Assembly: GCA_964371245.1 (NCBI GenBank)
Contig: CAYJKP010000001.1
Coordinates: forward strand, 315,042 to 379,041
From: an uncultured Gammaproteobacteria bacterium
Lineage (GTDB): Bacteria; Patescibacteriota; Patescibacteriia; JAHIZJ01
Length of the DNA: 64,000 nucleotides
Direction: 5' to 3'
Shown here: one piece after another, positions 55,360-64,000 of the stretch
Layout of the letters: the number at the start of each line of letters is the position of its first letter
Position numbering within the stretch: position 1 is the first letter of the stretch
The notes under the pieces: model-generated
The model's database searches: none
Seen by the model: the letters and a program-made list of their open reading frames with translations, nothing else
Told to the model about the DNA's origin: nothing
Position numbers and translations under genes: made by a program

Positions 55360-55635
55360 ATGACCCCTCAGCACAAAAACAAGGCTTTGGTAAATTTCAA
55401 AAAAGCCCAGAGTCTCCTGGGAAAGATGGTCAGGATGTTGGAAGAAGGCAAATATTGCATTGACGTCATGCAACAGAACCTGGCCGCGATTGGACTCTTA
55501 AAATCCGCCCACCAGACGCTTATGGAAGGGCATTTGAATTCGTGTTTCAAGGGCGCGATGAACACGAAGAATGAAAAGCGCAAACAGGAAATGACCGAGG
55601 AAATACTGACGGTCACGCACCTTTTTAACAAATAA
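55360..55635 (+). CDS. csoR: CsoR/RcnR family metal-sensing repressor
   Basis: YC.DV.QQ..A...HL..C ligand pattern; upstream of a copper ATPase. Confidence 0.85.
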   Translation: MTPQHKNKALVNFKKAQSLLGKMVRMLEEGKYCIDVMQQNLAAIGLLKSAHQTLMEGHLNSCFKGAMNTKNEKRKQEMTEEILTVTHLFNK

Positions 55636-55646
55636 AATAGTCATCC

Positions 55647-57035
55647 ATGTATCAAAAGCGTTGCTATACCGTCAAAGGCATGCATTGCGCGTCCTGCGAG
55701 GTGTTAATAGAGAAAAATCTCGTGAAAATCCCCGGCGTCATGTCAGCTGACGCTTCAATGAAAAAGGGCCAGGTAACGATCGAATTTGACGGCAATCCGC
55801 CGGACGCGAAACGTTTGAGCGAATCGATCGCTGAACACGGCTACAAAGTTCTTGATAATGGTGTAGCAGCCGTTGATGATGAGCCGGTCCCTAGCAGTCT
55901 ACTGAAAACGTTGCTTATTGCCAGCCTAGTGATGGCGGTGTTTTATTTCCTCTATCGTTCCGGCCTCAGCTCGGTTTTATCGGTCAATAATAATTCCGCT
56001 TTGCCCGCGTTTGCCGTCTTCGGCGTATTGGCCGGCTTTTCTTCGTGCGCCGCGCTTGTCGGCGGGATCATCCTGGCCATGTCAAAACAATGGCTTGGCT
56101 TGTACGCGCCAGAAGCCACCACTCGGCAGAAACTCCAGCCGCACGTGATGTTTAATATCGGCCGGTTGGTCTCATACGCCATTTTTGGCGCCCTGCTCGG
56201 CGTCGTGGGCAGCGTTTTTAAACCATCCCTAACCCTGACGACGTTGCTGACGTTGGTGGTGGCGATTTTTATGGTCATACTCGGTTTGCAAATGCTGGGC
56301 GTCCGTTCGTTGCGCAATTTCCAGTTTCGCTTGCCGAAGTCTTTGACTGGCCGGGTGGCTGACGAAACGAGGTTCAAAGGTAGATACATGCCGTTGGTGA
56401 TGGGCGCTCTGACGTTTTTTCTGCCCTGCGGTTTTACGATCACTGCCCAAAGCCTGGCGTTGCTGTCCGGCAGCGCGATCCGCGGCGGATTAATCATGCT
56501 GTTTTTCGCGCTGGGGACGCTGCCCGCGCTTATGGCGATCGGATATTCCAGCGTGGCATTAACGCGCCAAAAACAACGAGCCGGTATTTTCTTGCGGGTC
56601 GCCGGGATCGTGGTTTTATTCTTCGCGCTGTTCAACATCAACTGGCAATTCAATCTGCTCGGCTGGCCGAGTCTCAGCGACATTTCGTTGAAAAGCAACG
56701 CCGCCGTGACCAAACAATCGGATCAAAAGAACGACGAACAATTGCCGCCGATTGTTGGCGGTAAGCAGATCGTGAAAATGGATGTCACCTCATCGAAATA
56801 CTCACCGGATCGGCTCGTTGCTCGAGCCGGCACGCCGGTCCAGTGGGAAATAACGGACGCCGGAATGAGCGGATGTTCAAGCACGCTGGTGGCCAAAGAC
56901 TTTTTTAGCGGCGTGGCCCAATTAACTCAGAATGGGACAAAAGTGATTGAATTTACCCCGACAAAACCAGGCACGTATAAATTCAGCTGCGGCATGGGCA
57001 TGGTCAGGGGCACATTTGTCATCGTTGGAAGTTAA
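55647..57035 (+). CDS. HMA + DsbD_2-type membrane domain + cupredoxin fusion protein
   Basis: GMHCASC; SSC...GG, GR..SY, LPCG; C-terminal FSCGMGM. Confidence 0.88.
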   Translation: MYQKRCYTVKGMHCASCEVLIEKNLVKIPGVMSADASMKKGQVTIEFDGNPPDAKRLSESIAEHGYKVLDNGVAAVDDEPVPSSLLKTLLIASLVMAVFYFLYRSGLSSVLSVNNNSALPAFAVFGVLAGFSSCAALVGGIILAMSKQWLGLYAPEATTRQKLQPHVMFNIGRLVSYAIFGALLGVVGSVFKPSLTLTTLLTLVVAIFMVILGLQMLGVRSLRNFQFRLPKSLTGRVADETRFKGRYMPLVMGALTFFLPCGFTITAQSLALLSGSAIRGGLIMLFFALGTLPALMAIGYSSVALTRQKQRAGIFLRVAGIVVLFFALFNINWQFNLLGWPSLSDISLKSNAAVTKQSDQKNDEQLPPIVGGKQIVKMDVTSSKYSPDRLVARAGTPVQWEITDAGMSGCSSTLVAKDFFSGVAQLTQNGTKVIEFTPTKPGTYKFSCGMGMVRGTFVIVGS

Positions 57036-57043
57036 AAAAATAT

Positions 57044-59293
57044 ATGCCAAATACTCCTTCATCAAAAACAATCCTCTCGATATCAGGCATGCATTGCGCG
57101 TCGTGCGCCGTAAATATTGAGGCGGCAGTAAAAAAACTGGTCGGCGTTCGTTCGGTGACGGTTAATTATGCCAATGAGAAGGCCTATCTCGATCTGGAAA
57201 ACGCGGCCACGTCGCTTCCGAGGGTTAAACACGCTATTCATGATTTGGGATACAAGGCGATGGAGCACGACGATACCTCACCGGAACACGATCACGCGCA
57301 TCATGCTGCACTCAAGGCTGGCGAAACGCGGCAAATGCGACGCCGGTTTTGGACCGCACTGCTTCTCGGCTTGCCAATTATCTATGTTTCAATGGGCGGC
57401 ATGATTGGACTGCCGATGCCGCCGATTTCCGAACGATTGAATGCGGCAATCCAAGCGGTGTTGGCAGCTGGCGTGATAAGCGCCGGATTTTTCCTGTGGC
57501 GTTCCGGCGCTCGCGGCCTGATCAAATTGCGGCCGAACATGGATTCGCTCGTCTTTATCGGCACGGCGGCGGCGTATCTCTACAGCCTCGTCGTTTTGAT
57601 TCGCGCCCTGGCGTCGCGGCAGGAAACGATCGGTTCGCTCTATTTTGAAAGCGCGATTTTCATATTTATTTTCATCCTGCTCGGGAAATACCTGGAGGCG
57701 ATAACCAAAGGGCGGACGAGCGAAGCGATTCACAAACTGGCCGGTTTGGGGGCAAAAGAAGCGACGCTCATCCGTGACGGCAAGGAAATCAAGGTGCCGA
57801 TTGATCACGTTATCGTCGGAGATTTTATCCGCGTTAAACCGGGTGAAAAAATTCCCGTTGACGGGATTATCACCGATGGGTATTCGGCGATTGATGAACA
57901 GGCCATTACCGGTGAAAGCATTCCGGTCGAAAAGAAGGCGGGGGATCCAGTCATCGGCGCAACAATGAATAAAACCGGAAGTTTTGTTTTTCGAGCCACC
58001 AAGGTGGGCCAGGACACTCTGTTGGCGCAGATTGTTAAAGTTGTTGAGGCGGCCATGGGCTCGAAGGCGCCGATCCAATTGCTGGCGGACACGGTCTCGC
58101 TCTATTTTGTACCCGCCGTTATTGGCATTGCTACAATTGCCTTGGTCGTCTGGCTGCTCTCGGGATTTACCTTCACCTTTGCATTGACCGTATTCGTCGC
58201 CGTGTTGATCATTGCCTGTCCGTGCGCGCTCGGTTTGGCCACGCCGACGGCGGTGATGATGGGCTCGGGTATTGCGGCGCGGAAAGGCATCCTGATAAAA
58301 AACGGCAAGGCCCTGGAAATCGCGCGGAAAATAACCCTCGTCGTCTTTGATAAAACTGGCACGCTCACGCAGGGCGAGCCGGTGGTAACCGATGTGCGAG
58401 CGTTTGATCTGGCGATGAACGAAGATGGTGTCTTGGCGCTGGCCGCATCCGTAGAGAAGCAATCAGAGCATCCGCTCGCGCAGGCGATTATCCGTCAAGC
58501 AGAGCAAAAAAATATCCCATTGCCGCCGACGTCAAAATTCCGCGCTGAACCGGGACGAGGCGTTGTCGCTGAGCTTGAAGGTAGTACTGTACTGATTGGT
58601 ACCCGGAAACTGATGAACGAATTTGGTGTGTCATTACCAGCTGGTGCGCTCGATCAAGTCGATGTATTTGAGCGAAACGGAAAAACGGTTATGTTGGTTG
58701 GCCGGACAAAAACGCTCGTCGGTTGTATTGCCGTGGCTGATGTCGCGAAGAAGCATTCTCGCGTTGCCGTCGAAACGCTGCATCGGCTCGGGAAAAAGGT
58801 TGCCATGATTACCGGCGACAACAAGCGCGTTGGCGAGGCGGTAGCCGGTCAATTGGGCATTGATCGCGTGCTGGCCGAGGTATTGCCTCAAGAAAAGGCC
58901 GCCGAGATTAAAAAGCTCCAGTCGAGCGGGGAGCTCGTCGCGATGGTGGGCGATGGCATCAATGATGCGCCCGCGCTCGCTCAAGCGGATTTGGGAATCG
59001 CCCTTGGCTCCGGGACTGATATTGCCATGGAGACCGGCGACGTCGTGCTGATAAAAAACGATCTGCGCGACGTTGTTTCCGCCATCCGTATCAGTCGGTT
59101 TACCCTGCGGAAAATAAAACAAAATCTTTTTTGGGCTTTTGTCTATAATATTATTGGAATTCCTGTTGCCGCGGGTATATTTTATCCGATCACTGGCTGG
59201 CTGCTCAGTCCGGCCATCGCGGCGGCTGCCATGGCGTTTTCCTCGGTGAGCGTGGTGCTGAATTCGCTTCTCATGAAGCGTTCACAGGCCTAG
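57044..59293 (+). CDS. copA: Cu(I)-translocating P1B-type ATPase
   Basis: GMHCASC, TGES, CPC, DKTGT, HP, GDGIND, YN, MAFSS. Confidence 0.95.
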   Translation: MPNTPSSKTILSISGMHCASCAVNIEAAVKKLVGVRSVTVNYANEKAYLDLENAATSLPRVKHAIHDLGYKAMEHDDTSPEHDHAHHAALKAGETRQMRRRFWTALLLGLPIIYVSMGGMIGLPMPPISERLNAAIQAVLAAGVISAGFFLWRSGARGLIKLRPNMDSLVFIGTAAAYLYSLVVLIRALASRQETIGSLYFESAIFIFIFILLGKYLEAITKGRTSEAIHKLAGLGAKEATLIRDGKEIKVPIDHVIVGDFIRVKPGEKIPVDGIITDGYSAIDEQAITGESIPVEKKAGDPVIGATMNKTGSFVFRATKVGQDTLLAQIVKVVEAAMGSKAPIQLLADTVSLYFVPAVIGIATIALVVWLLSGFTFTFALTVFVAVLIIACPCALGLATPTAVMMGSGIAARKGILIKNGKALEIARKITLVVFDKTGTLTQGEPVVTDVRAFDLAMNEDGVLALAASVEKQSEHPLAQAIIRQAEQKNIPLPPTSKFRAEPGRGVVAELEGSTVLIGTRKLMNEFGVSLPAGALDQVDVFERNGKTVMLVGRTKTLVGCIAVADVAKKHSRVAVETLHRLGKKVAMITGDNKRVGEAVAGQLGIDRVLAEVLPQEKAAEIKKLQSSGELVAMVGDGINDAPALAQADLGIALGSGTDIAMETGDVVLIKNDLRDVVSAIRISRFTLRKIKQNLFWAFVYNIIGIPVAAGIFYPITGWLLSPAIAAAAMAFSSVSVVLNSLLMKRSQA

Positions 59294-59389
59294 TGTAAAC
59301 ACATTGTCTTGCCCCGGTGTTTGATGTATGCTTAAGGCGGATAAGCTCCGATTTTCATTAAATATCGAAAAAGAAGGGGGGTGAGAAAG

Positions 59390-59632
59390 ATGAAAAGGAA
59401 TCTTCTTGATTGGGTCGCGTTTATTCTGATCATTATTGGCGGGTTAAATTGGGGGTTAGTCGGTATCTTCGACTACAATCTCGTGGCGAAGATCTTCGGT
59501 GACACCTCTGTCATTACGAAAATCGTTTACATTCTCGTAGCCGTTTCGGCTCTCTACGCCCTGCTCACCATGGGAAAGAAACCAAAGTCTGAAACAGCGG
59601 CCCCGCCAACGCAACCTTCTACGCCAGCGTAG
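59390..59632 (+). CDS. DUF378 family membrane protein
   Basis: IIGGLNWGLVG.F..NLV..IFG......IVY.LV. Confidence 0.9.
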   Translation: MKRNLLDWVAFILIIIGGLNWGLVGIFDYNLVAKIFGDTSVITKIVYILVAVSALYALLTMGKKPKSETAAPPTQPSTPA

Positions 59633-59657
59633 GCAAAAGAGTTTTATATTTACGAAT

Positions 59658-61073
59658 ATGGGAAAAAAGCTCATTGTTTTGGTCGTATTTTGTCTTGGCC
59701 TATTCAGTGTCACCGGCCATGAGGTTAGGGCAGAAAACTTTCGCCAACCCGAAATAAAAATATACGACGCCAAGAAGCTGACACTTGAAAAGTCCTGGCT
59801 GGCATTCGACGCCGGCTTTAAGGGCGGCGCTTCAGTTGCCGCCGGCGATGTGAACGGCGACGGGAAGGATGAAATAATCGTCGGTGCTGGTCCAGGCGGC
59901 GGTCCACAGGTCCGGATTTTTAAAAGCAATGGTTCGCTTCTATCGCAATTTTTCGTTTATCCTGAAAATTTCCGCGGTGGCGTGAAAGTAGCCAGCTGCG
60001 ATTTTGATAACGACGGAAAGGACGAAATCGTTACTGGTCCAGGTCCTGGCGGCGGTCCGCAGGTCCGGATCATGACCTCCAAAGGTATTGCCAAAATAAC
60101 GCCCGGCTTTTTTCCGTTCGATCCGAATTATAAGGGCGGCATCAACGTTGCCTGTGGCGATGTCGACGGTGATAAGAAAATCGAAGTTGTCATCGGCGTC
60201 GGCGTCGCTGCCGAACCGCATGTCCGCGTCTTCACGCCAAGGGGTGTCGCTGATGGAATCGAGATCTATCCGTATGCTAAGCGCGACAAGGGCGGTGTGG
60301 CCGTGGCCGTCGCCAATGTCGACGGCGGGCCGGCGGCCGAAATCGTGACCTCGATCTATCGATTTGGTCGCTCGCTCGTTAAGACATATCGCGCCGACGC
60401 ACAACGCTCTATCGTGGCGCAGTTTGAGGGTTGGCCTGAGCAGGTGCAGAGCGGTTTTCAGGTAGCGGGCGGCGATGTGGACGGTGACGGCCTCGATGAG
60501 ATACTCGTTTCCGTCGCAGCCGGCGGCGGACCGCATGTCCGCGCGTTTGAGGCTTACGGGAAGCCATTGCCGCAAAACTTCTTTCCATATGAAAGTAATT
60601 TTACTGGCGGGACGATAACAACAATCGGTGATGTCGATGGTGATGCACGGCAGGAGATCGTAACCGTTCCTGGCCGCAACACCATTCAAGGCCGGACGGA
60701 TTATTATAAATATATTGAGGTTCGGCTCGATGAACAGCGTCTGTATGCGTATGAAAATGGTATGTTGGCGAAAACCTTCCTTGTTTCAACCGGAATAAAT
60801 AAGTATCCGACGCCGCCCGGGAATTATTCTGTATTAGCCAAGATACCAAGAAAGGATTATGAGTGGTCATACGGCCCGAACCACCCGGACAATTACGATA
60901 TAAAAGACGTTGATTTTAATTTACGGTTTTTTAACGGTTATTATCTACACTACGCGTTTTGGCATCATAATTTCGGCCATAAGATGAGCCACGGCTGCGT
61001 GAATATCGACCGACCGAATTCCGAGTGGGTCTATAATTGGGCTGAGGTGGGCACGCCGGTACTTGTCCGTTAG
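59658..61073 (+). CDS. Secreted L,D-transpeptidase (YkuD) with FG-GAP/VCBS repeats
   Basis: About six F.GG..VA.GDV.GDG..EI repeats; VSTG...PTP.G; H......SHGCVN. Confidence 0.9.
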   Translation: MGKKLIVLVVFCLGLFSVTGHEVRAENFRQPEIKIYDAKKLTLEKSWLAFDAGFKGGASVAAGDVNGDGKDEIIVGAGPGGGPQVRIFKSNGSLLSQFFVYPENFRGGVKVASCDFDNDGKDEIVTGPGPGGGPQVRIMTSKGIAKITPGFFPFDPNYKGGINVACGDVDGDKKIEVVIGVGVAAEPHVRVFTPRGVADGIEIYPYAKRDKGGVAVAVANVDGGPAAEIVTSIYRFGRSLVKTYRADAQRSIVAQFEGWPEQVQSGFQVAGGDVDGDGLDEILVSVAAGGGPHVRAFEAYGKPLPQNFFPYESNFTGGTITTIGDVDGDARQEIVTVPGRNTIQGRTDYYKYIEVRLDEQRLYAYENGMLAKTFLVSTGINKYPTPPGNYSVLAKIPRKDYEWSYGPNHPDNYDIKDVDFNLRFFNGYYLHYAFWHHNFGHKMSHGCVNIDRPNSEWVYNWAEVGTPVLVR

Positions 61074-61157
61074 CGCGGTTACTGCAATATATTTCGACAA
61101 TGGCGAAAACGCGGCCATTGCTGATTTATTTGTCTTTGGGTACACTGCAGGAAGCAT

Positions 61158-62000
61158 ATGAGCAATACATCTCCGCTGAAATTCCGCAAACGACTACGGC
61201 AGTGGCGCCGATTCTGGAAACGTGACGCGGTTATTTGTATTGTCGTTGGCTTGGCCGCTTTTTGGTATGTGGGGGAGCGCGAGAAGGCGACATTGCCATC
61301 ACAACCAGCTATTCAGGCTCGCGAGGTTGTCGAGTCGGCTGCCGTGGTGCCAAACGATCCTGGCAATACCGCTATCGTCGCTCGCGTTATCGATGGCGAT
61401 ACGATCGAATTAGACACCGGCGAGAAGGTTCGATATATCGGCGTTGATACCCCCGAGCGTACCCACAAACCGCCGGACTGTTACGCTCAAGAAGCAACCG
61501 AAAAGAATAGATCACTGGTCGAAGGCAAGACGGTTCGTTTAGTTCAAGACGTTAGAAATACGGACCGCTACGGACGCCTCCTTCGATTTGTCTATGTCAA
61601 TGATGTCTTTGTAAATCACGTATTGGTTGCTGAGGGTTTTGCCCGTGCGTTTGCCGTGCCGCCGGACATTTCCCGCGAAGAGGATTTTTTCTTGACCGAG
61701 CAGACAGCCCGGTCCGAGCAACGCGGACTTTGGGGCGATTGCGATTCAGACCGCCTCAGTATTTGGGAGCAGACAACGGGCGAGCGAGCAGAGACGGCTG
61801 AATTTCAGGCGACCAACAGCCAGCCCGTGCTCGAAGATTCACCCGAATGTTATTGCGAGGAAAACATGTACGACTGCAAAGATTTCTCGAGCCAAGCCGA
61901 GGCGCAGGCCTTGTATGATTGCTGCCGTGAAAAAACTGGCCGCGACGTTCACCTCATCGACGGCGATAACAATAGCCATGCCTGCGAGCGGATAAAATAG
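61158..62000 (+). CDS. Thermonuclease (SNase-like) with an Excalibur-like Ca-binding tail
   Basis: VIDGDT, VRYIGVDTPE, DRYGRLL; DC.DF.SQ.EAQ...DGD....ACE. Confidence 0.9.
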   Translation: MSNTSPLKFRKRLRQWRRFWKRDAVICIVVGLAAFWYVGEREKATLPSQPAIQAREVVESAAVVPNDPGNTAIVARVIDGDTIELDTGEKVRYIGVDTPERTHKPPDCYAQEATEKNRSLVEGKTVRLVQDVRNTDRYGRLLRFVYVNDVFVNHVLVAEGFARAFAVPPDISREEDFFLTEQTARSEQRGLWGDCDSDRLSIWEQTTGERAETAEFQATNSQPVLEDSPECYCEENMYDCKDFSSQAEAQALYDCCREKTGRDVHLIDGDNNSHACERIK

Positions 62001-62057
62001 ATTCGACGCAATCACAGGATAATTGTTTTTTTACCAGTCATACGGTACAATGGTACT

Positions 62058-62906
62058 ATGAAGATCCAAAAAGCGGCCGGTCATTATCAACCGTTTGACC
62101 GGGACAAATTTGTTTCCTCGCTATTGAAGTCTGGCGTGCCGAAGCGTTTTGTTTTGCATCTCAGCCGGCAAGCCGAACGGCTAGAACCGAAATTTAGAAA
62201 TACGAATCAACTGTTTGATTTTGCGCATCAGGAATTGGCCCAGAAGGATCGGCGGTCGGCGATGCGCTACAGCCTGAAACGGGCGGTGTTCGAGCTCGGA
62301 CCGACCGGTTTTCCGTTTGAACAATACGTCGCGCGCCTGCTTGATCGCCTTGGCTATCGTACTCAAACAAACGTCTTCATACGCGGATACTGCGTTTCCC
62401 ACGAGGTCGACATCTTGGCTTGGAAGGGCAAGAAGACGCACCTCATTGAATGTAAATTTCATTCCTATCGGGGTATAAAAACGAACGTGAAAGTCGTCCT
62501 CTACGTAAAAGCCCGTGTTGAGGACATTGATCGCGCGCTGGTTGCCGGTGCGGACACTGATCGGCAAGCCCAGCCCCAGAAAATAGATCAGGCGTGGTTG
62601 ATTACGAATACGAAACACACCATCGAGGCAGAAAAATACGCCCGGTGTGCTGGCATTCATCTAGTCAGCTGGGGGTATCCCGTGGGCGCCGGTCTCGAAA
62701 GTTTGATTGAAAAGACGCGCCTGTATCCCGTGACGGCGCTGCTCCATCTCGATCGGGCGTTTAAAAAACGCCTGGTTAGTCTCGGTTTAGTGACGGCCGA
62801 GGACGTTGTTAATTTTTCACAATGGAATAAGGTGACGCCGTCGGAGAAAAATCGTATTCGTGAATTACAAAAAGATGGGCGCCTCTTACTGCGTAACAAT
62901 GAATAA
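62058..62906 (+). CDS. ATP-cone + Mrr-like restriction endonuclease domain protein
   Basis: I.K..G....FD..K...SL N-terminus; GF.FE, HEVD, IECK, W.ITN. Confidence 0.8.
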   Translation: MKIQKAAGHYQPFDRDKFVSSLLKSGVPKRFVLHLSRQAERLEPKFRNTNQLFDFAHQELAQKDRRSAMRYSLKRAVFELGPTGFPFEQYVARLLDRLGYRTQTNVFIRGYCVSHEVDILAWKGKKTHLIECKFHSYRGIKTNVKVVLYVKARVEDIDRALVAGADTDRQAQPQKIDQAWLITNTKHTIEAEKYARCAGIHLVSWGYPVGAGLESLIEKTRLYPVTALLHLDRAFKKRLVSLGLVTAEDVVNFSQWNKVTPSEKNRIRELQKDGRLLLRNNE

Positions 62907-63975
62907 TTTCGAACTGGAATTACAACGTACGAAAAAGTTGGTCGAGCAAAGACTGAAACGCTTTTTTAATTCCGAAAAATCGAAAACGAAAAAAATCGCT
63001 CCCTTTCTCAGCGAACTCCTCGGTCGGGTTGAGGAGTTCACCTTACGCGGCTCAAGCAAACGGCTGCGGGCCTGCCTGGTTTATATTGGGTATCAGGCGG
63101 TCCGTTCACAGCCGCCCCGCGCCATTGATGATGTAGCGGCGGCCATTGAGCTGATCCATAGCCACCTGTTGATTCACGATGATATTATTGACGACGACGA
63201 GTGGCGCCGCGGCGGCATGACCGTGCACGCGTATTTTGAAAAATACCGGCGCCAAAAGTTCGCTCGCGAAGAAACGAAACGCTTTGGCATCGCTCAAGCC
63301 ATCCTGGCCGGCGATATAAGCTGTTCCCTGGCTGGTCTCATTATCGCCGGATCACAATTATTGCCGTCGCAGAAAGTTATGGCGCTCGAACGGATAAATA
63401 GAATTTTATTGGAAACGGATTATGGGCAAGCGCTTGACGTTTTTCAAGGCGCGAAGAAATCAATTCGTATTGAGGAAGCCCTGCTCATGTACCGATACAA
63501 AACGGCGAAGTATTCATTTGAAGCGCCGTTGCAACTTGGGGCGAGCATCGCCGGCGCTAAACCAGGGCAATTATCAATTCTGAGCCGGTACTCAATTGCG
63601 GCCGGCCAGGCGTATCAGATACAAGATGATATCCTCGGCGTTTTCGGGACGCGGAAGCAGATCGGCAAACCGGTAGATTCTGACATCCGAGAAGGGAAGA
63701 AGACGGTCCTTTTCATTGAAGCCCTGAAACGGTTGCCGGCTGGCGAGCGGACATGGCTGCGAAATCATTATGGTAAATCGCAAATTCCGGCCGGCCAGGT
63801 CTGGGGCATCCGCCATCTTTTTGAAAAATCGGGAGCGCGAGATTATTGCCAAAAAAAATCGAAATATTATCTAACGTTAGCGAATCAGGCTGTACAGAGC
63901 TCTAGACAAATATCAGCCAAAAGTGCTACACTGCTCTTGCAGCTGTCGAATTATCTGGCAACGAGAAGCAGCTGA
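62899..63975 (+). CDS. Polyprenyl diphosphate synthase (GGPPS/IdsA-like)
   Basis: KRLR, LIHDDIID....RRG, GQ.LD, KTA.Y, QIQDD. Confidence 0.92.
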   Translation: MNNFELELQRTKKLVEQRLKRFFNSEKSKTKKIAPFLSELLGRVEEFTLRGSSKRLRACLVYIGYQAVRSQPPRAIDDVAAAIELIHSHLLIHDDIIDDDEWRRGGMTVHAYFEKYRRQKFAREETKRFGIAQAILAGDISCSLAGLIIAGSQLLPSQKVMALERINRILLETDYGQALDVFQGAKKSIRIEEALLMYRYKTAKYSFEAPLQLGASIAGAKPGQLSILSRYSIAAGQAYQIQDDILGVFGTRKQIGKPVDSDIREGKKTVLFIEALKRLPAGERTWLRNHYGKSQIPAGQVWGIRHLFEKSGARDYCQKKSKYYLTLANQAVQSSRQISAKSATLLLQLSNYLATRSS

Positions 63976-64000
63976 AGCCGTATGAACACATCAACGATTC

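Overview
Bacterial chromosome segment, most likely Patescibacteria/CPR. This is inferred from the reduced gene content, an RpoA lacking its alpha-CTD, core genes without Shine-Dalgarno motifs, and a heliorhodopsin. Housekeeping content: ftsI-murF, ssb, the infA-rpmJ-rpsM-rpsK-rpsD-rpoA-rplQ-rplM-rpsI operon, a flippase/glycosyltransferase cluster, tRNA-Thr/Trp/Pro, rpmG, a two-component locus, typA, truB, HU, three ABC exporters, a csoR-copA copper operon, an L,D-transpeptidase, nucleases and a polyprenyl synthase. The most notable features are outside the ORF track. (1) An integrase-less integron cassette array at about 7.9-10.2 kb with three attC sites. (2) The first attC is split by a 455-bp gene-carrying insert with its own terminal inverted repeats. 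(3) The tRNA-Trp downstream of rpmG has lost its middle, which is replaced by an inverted-repeat-bounded element carrying a different, intact tRNA-Trp; an apparently empty copy of the same palindrome sits inside another hairpin at 5.7 kb. (4) A perfect 34-bp inverted copy of part of a signalling-locus gene is fused to the 3' end of tRNA-Thr. Items 2 and 3 suggest hairpin-targeted, palindrome-bounded cargo elements with no mobilising enzyme in this window. All calls were made by eye, without database searches.
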